DNA of 64,000 bases, taken from contig NC_073406.1 in NCBI RefSeq assembly GCF_028641065.1, forward strand, positions 7,316,001 to 7,380,000, given 5' to 3'. Of this stretch, positions 59,727-64,000 are shown piece after piece. Each line of letters opens with the position of its first letter. The first letter of the stretch is position 1. Both the position numbers and the translations under genes were made by a program. The notes under the pieces were generated by a model. It was not told the DNA's origin. It ran no database searches and saw nothing but the letters and a program-made list of their open reading frames with translations. The stretch comes from Leucoraja erinacea. Taxonomy: Eukaryota.

Positions 59727-59814
59727 CTGGAACATAAAGAAAATTGACAACAAAACTCAGATAAAATATGTAATTCACGAATGCTTGTTTTTCTCACATG
59801 AGGTACAAGACACA

Positions 59815-60620
59815 AACATCATACTCCGACATTTCCATCACCTCCAACTTGATCCCAGCATTGGTCACATCTTCCCATCCCCACCCCTTTCCACCTTCCC
59901 AAGGGACGGCTTCCCTCGTCCTTTCCCACCCAAACCACCCCCTCCCCAGGTAGTTTGCCCTGCAAGCAAAGAAGATATAACACCTGTGGGTTTACCTCCT
60001 CCTTTTCCACCATCCAGGAACCCCAGCCACCCTTCCAGGGGAGACCGAGGTTCACGTGGACATCCTCTAACCTAATTTATTGCAACCGCTGTTCCTAATG
60101 TGGCCTCCTGTTCATCGGCAAGATGAAGCGTAGACTTGCTGATCATTTCACCGAACATTCGCGTTTAGACAGCAAAGCCCATTGGATCGCTCGGTTGCTA
60201 ATCATTTTAACTCACTTTCCCATTCCCACACTGACCTTTCTGTTCTGGGCATTCTCCATTGTCAGAGTGTGGCCTCATACAAACTGCAAGAACAGCACCT
60301 CATATTCCATTTGGATAGCTTACAACCCAATGGTATGAACATTGAATCCTCCAATTTCAGGTAACCTCTAATGACCACCCCCCTTTTTATTCCCCATACA
60401 CACCCCCCCCCCCCCCCCCCCCCCCCTCTACTCTACTCCCTCCCCCATGGCCCCACGTGGACTTCCACCTATATTTAATCTCCACCCCCGGCCCCTCCCG
60501 CTACTTTCCTCCTTCTGGCTTCACAATCTGCAACTTCAAAACCGATCTCACACCTATTGTTCTTATCTCTGGCATTTTTCCCAACCAACAGTGGACAAAG
60601 TCAGCCCATGTCTACTCCAT
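59815..60620 (+). mobile_element. Penelope-like element fragment
   Basis: TSSNLIYCNRCS*CGLLFIGKMKRRLADHFTEH...VANHFN...LQPNGMNIE. Confidence 0.8.
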
Positions 60621-61100
60621 TAATCCGAAATGGTCTCAAATTCCGCAATGTCATTACATAATAAAATCCTGCAGGTAATTCGATGCAAATGCCAGGTCTG
60701 GAAATGGCCTATTCCTTTTTTCATAGGATTTATTCTTTCTTGGTACCTGCCTTCTTGCCTTTTCGTAAAATTAAACTGTGAAGGCAAGTAAAGAGTCCAC
60801 TTTCAGAACTCTGTTATAACATTTCTGAAAGTATAATGAAGCAGAGCATTGGGGAAGATATCACTTATCAGATTCATTGCAGCAGATGCACCGACTATCA
60901 GCTAGATACAGATTGGAAAAGGAGTTGAACCCACCACCTTACACTTAATAAATCAGCAACTGTACAAGTCCATGGAAAAACATGTCCGGAATGGAAAACT
61001 TTCAACAAACCCTTCAAATCAGTACACTCTAGCTTCTTAAACAAAATATGTTCATTTAAAGAATTTTACACTTAACAATATATTCTTCTTCAGTACTTAC

Positions 61101-61217
61101 TTAATTTTGAGAGACACTCCCTGAGGTACCCCAATGCTAACAGTTGCACCTAAAACGCTATGCCTGGATATCTTCCTCTCAGCGCCGTATTCAACCAGAG
61201 TGCCGAAGAATCCTGTC
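61101..61217 (-). CDS. DNAJC11: DNAJC11 exon
   Basis: tacag|G ACA...ATT AA|gtaagt, 117 bp. Encodes [38 protein letters not shown](K). Confidence 0.96.
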
Positions 61218-61838
61218 CTGTAGGGAAAACCACATCAGGCTCCGTGAAACATTGCCACTTTAATGTAAGTTTTACTACTGGCTATGCATTATGGAATTAT
61301 GGCATGCAAAAATATCCTAGTAGATCTATTGTTTAAGATTTTAACCACCTGAACTCTTGATTAGATTGCTGCCTGTAGCACGACTTTGTCAGTCTATATA
61401 TATGCTATTTGAAGTCTTGTTCCGAACTAGTCCCAGAAATAAGCAAACAAAACAAGCTGTTGGTGGATCGAAGGTATCAAAAGCTGTTGGTGGAACTCAG
61501 CGGGTCAGGCATCATCTGCGGAGGGAATGGACAGACATTTCAAGGTCGGGACCTTTATGAGTCTGAAAAAAGGTGCCAACCTGAATTGCCGTTTGTCCAA
61601 TTTCCTTCCACAGATGCTGCCCGACCTGTTGAGTTCCTGCAGCACATTGTTTTTTGACCAAGATTCCTGCATTAATATTTGATCAAAAACCTATCCAATC
61701 CTAAATTACACTATCATTTCCACTTACTGAAGTTAGGCATCTGCATTTTATATTAATACAGTTGTGTACCAGTCTGCATTGTTGCATATACAGTTAAAGT
61801 TGCAACCTACATGTAAAAATAACAAACGAAAAACTTAC

Positions 61839-61924
61839 TTGATAGTCCCCTTTACCTTGGTCTGATCTTCATCCTGGAATTTGTATTGATAGCTCAGTAA
61901 CATAAAAGAATGAGGGATTCCAAG
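61839..61924 (-). CDS. DNAJC11: DNAJC11 exon (most 5' exon in this window)
   Basis: tacag|CTT...ATC AA|gtaagt, 86 bp. Encodes [28 protein letters not shown](K). Upstream exons, including the J domain, lie beyond 64000. Confidence 0.95.
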
Positions 61925-62309
61925 CTGTAAAACAACATATATATTTTTTAATATCAAAAGACTTTTCATAATGAAGCAGAAAATAGTAGCACAGTGGATT
62001 AGGCAGTCAGTTTACCTCCTGGGATATTATAACTCAAACTCAAGTCAGGTTGATAGACAAAACGTCCATTCTATGTGCAAGGTTTAAATGTCCAAAGGTA
62101 AATGGGTCTGAAATCAACCCACAAACAAAGCCACCTCTTACTGGGCAAATTGACAATTTTATTTTTCGTTAAGATCGGCTATTGATTAAATTTGAAAACG
62201 TTGTATTGATCTACTAACTGTTCCGATGTTGTGACAGTGTAGAGGGCGCTTTAATAAGGACTTGAGAGAGGTTGGGAGAGTGGGCAGGGAAGTGGCAAAT
62301 GGAATAGCG

Positions 62310-63805
62310 TGTAGCAAAGTAGCACATGGTATTAGGAGTAGGGTACTGACATGGATAGCAAATTGGTTGGCAGACAGGAAACAAAGAGTAGGGATTAATG
62401 GTTCCCTTTCAGAATGGCAGGCAGTGACTAGTGGGGTACCGCAAGGTTCGGTGCTGGGACTGCAGCTATTTACAATATACATCAATGATTTAGATGAAGT
62501 ATTTAGATTCAAAGTAACATTCGCAAATTTGCAGATGACACAAAGCTGGGTGGCAGTGTGTACTGTGAGGAGAATGCTATGAGGATGCAGGGTGACTTGG
62601 ACAGGTTGGGTGAGTGGGCAGATGCGCGGCAGATGCAGTTTAATGTGGATAAATGTGAGGTTATCCACTTTGGTGGCAAAAACAGGAAGGCAGATTATTA
62701 TCTGGAATGGTGTCAAGTTGGGAAAAGGAGAAGTACAAAAAGATCTGGGGGTCCTTGTTCAACAGTCACTGAAAGTAAGCATGCAAGTACAGCGGGCAGT
62801 GAAGAAAGCTAATGGCATGTTTGCCTTCATGACAAGAGGAGTTGAGTATAGGAGCAAATAGGTCCTTCTGCCCAGTTGTACTAGTGTCTCATAATTTGAG
62901 GACGGACATTCTTGCTATTGAGGGAGTGCACCATAGGTTCACGAGCTTAATTCCCAGGATGTCGGGACTGTCATATGTTGATAGAATGGAGCAGTTGGGC
63001 TTATATACTCTGGAATTTAGAAGGATGAGAGGGATTCTTATATGATTATATCATATAATCATGTCCCTTATATGATTATTAAGGGATAGGACACGATAGA
63101 GGCAGGAAACATGTACCAGATGTTGCGGGAGTCCAGAAGCAGGGGCCACAGTTTAAGAATAAGGGGTAGGCCATTTAGAACGGAGATGAGGAAAAACGTT
63201 TTCACCCAGAGAGTTGTAAATCTGTGGAATTCTTTGCCTCAGAAGGCAATGGAGGCCAATTCTCTGGATGCTTTCAAGAGAGAGTTAGACAGAGCTCTTA
63301 AAGATAGCCGAGTCAGGGGATATGGTGAGAAGGCACATTCAGTACCCCGTTCCTGCCTTCTCACCATATCCCCTGACTGCTATCTTGGAGCCAGCACCGC
63401 CATTCACTGTGATCATGGCCGAATGGCATACTCCTGCACCTATTGTCTATTGTCAGTCATGCATTTTTGGAGTAAGAATAAAGGCGTAGACTATTTTCTA
63501 AATCGGGAGAGAATCCAGAAATCGGAAGTGCAAAGGGACTTGGGAGCGCTGGTGCAGGATTCCTAAAAAAATAATCTGCAAGTCGAATCGGTAGTAAAGA
63601 AGGCAAACGCAGGCCAAGTCAATGGATATTTTTAAGACAGAGATAGATAGATTCTTGATTAATACGAGTGTCGGGGGTTATGGGGAGAAGGCAGGAGAAT
63701 GGTGTTAGGAGGGGGAGATAGATCAGCCATGATTGAATGGCAGAGTAGACCTGATTAGCCGAATGGCCTAATTCTGCGCCTATCACATGACTTTATGACC
63801 TTAAT
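62310..63805 (+). mobile_element. CR1-type LINE copies (RT to 3' end, followed by a second fragment)
   Basis: [29 protein letters not shown] and RKNVFTQRVVNLWNSLPQ. Confidence 0.92.
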
Positions 63806-64000
63806 TCTGTACTTCATCAGTAACTGCCTTGGCAATGTTGACACCAGGTGATGTGAGAGGAAAGAGTTCTAACCCCCAGTATCAAAACGTAACTATCATT
63901 AAATTGTCACTAGTTACAGGGAAGGGCAGAAAGTTGGGGGGAAAAAAAATTATGAGCCAACGTACATAATAGAGGAATGTTTGGGATATGATAATATAAA

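Overview
Eukaryotic (vertebrate) genomic DNA. The repeat content points to a cartilaginous fish, probably a skate or ray (inference). The window holds the gene block KLHL21 (-, first two coding exons; later exons lie outside the window), PHF13 (+, complete, 4 coding exons, ~361 aa), THAP3 (+, complete, 4 coding exons, ~222 aa) and DNAJC11 (-, last 8 coding exons). This is the same order and orientation as human 1p36.31. Introns and intergenic DNA are full of decayed CR1, L2/Rex, Penelope, SINE, hAT and Ty3/Gypsy elements. The most notable observation is two short, TSD-flanked, GAA-tailed retroposed inserts (30346-30454 and 31402-31593, both minus strand) that begin exactly at the 5' end of an HDV-type double-pseudoknot ribozyme. 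One matches the mammalian CPEB3 ribozyme core at 23/24 nt. A candidate autonomous partner (an Ingi/Vingi-like LINE 3' end) lies at ~9.6-9.8 kb. Other points of interest are minimal hammerhead motifs in Penelope-derived repeats, 33-34 bp hAT-type micro-MITEs, a GC-AG intron in KLHL21, a coding minisatellite in PHF13 and a ~58-bp tandem repeat in front of THAP3. All calls were made by eye; no database searches or folding software were run.
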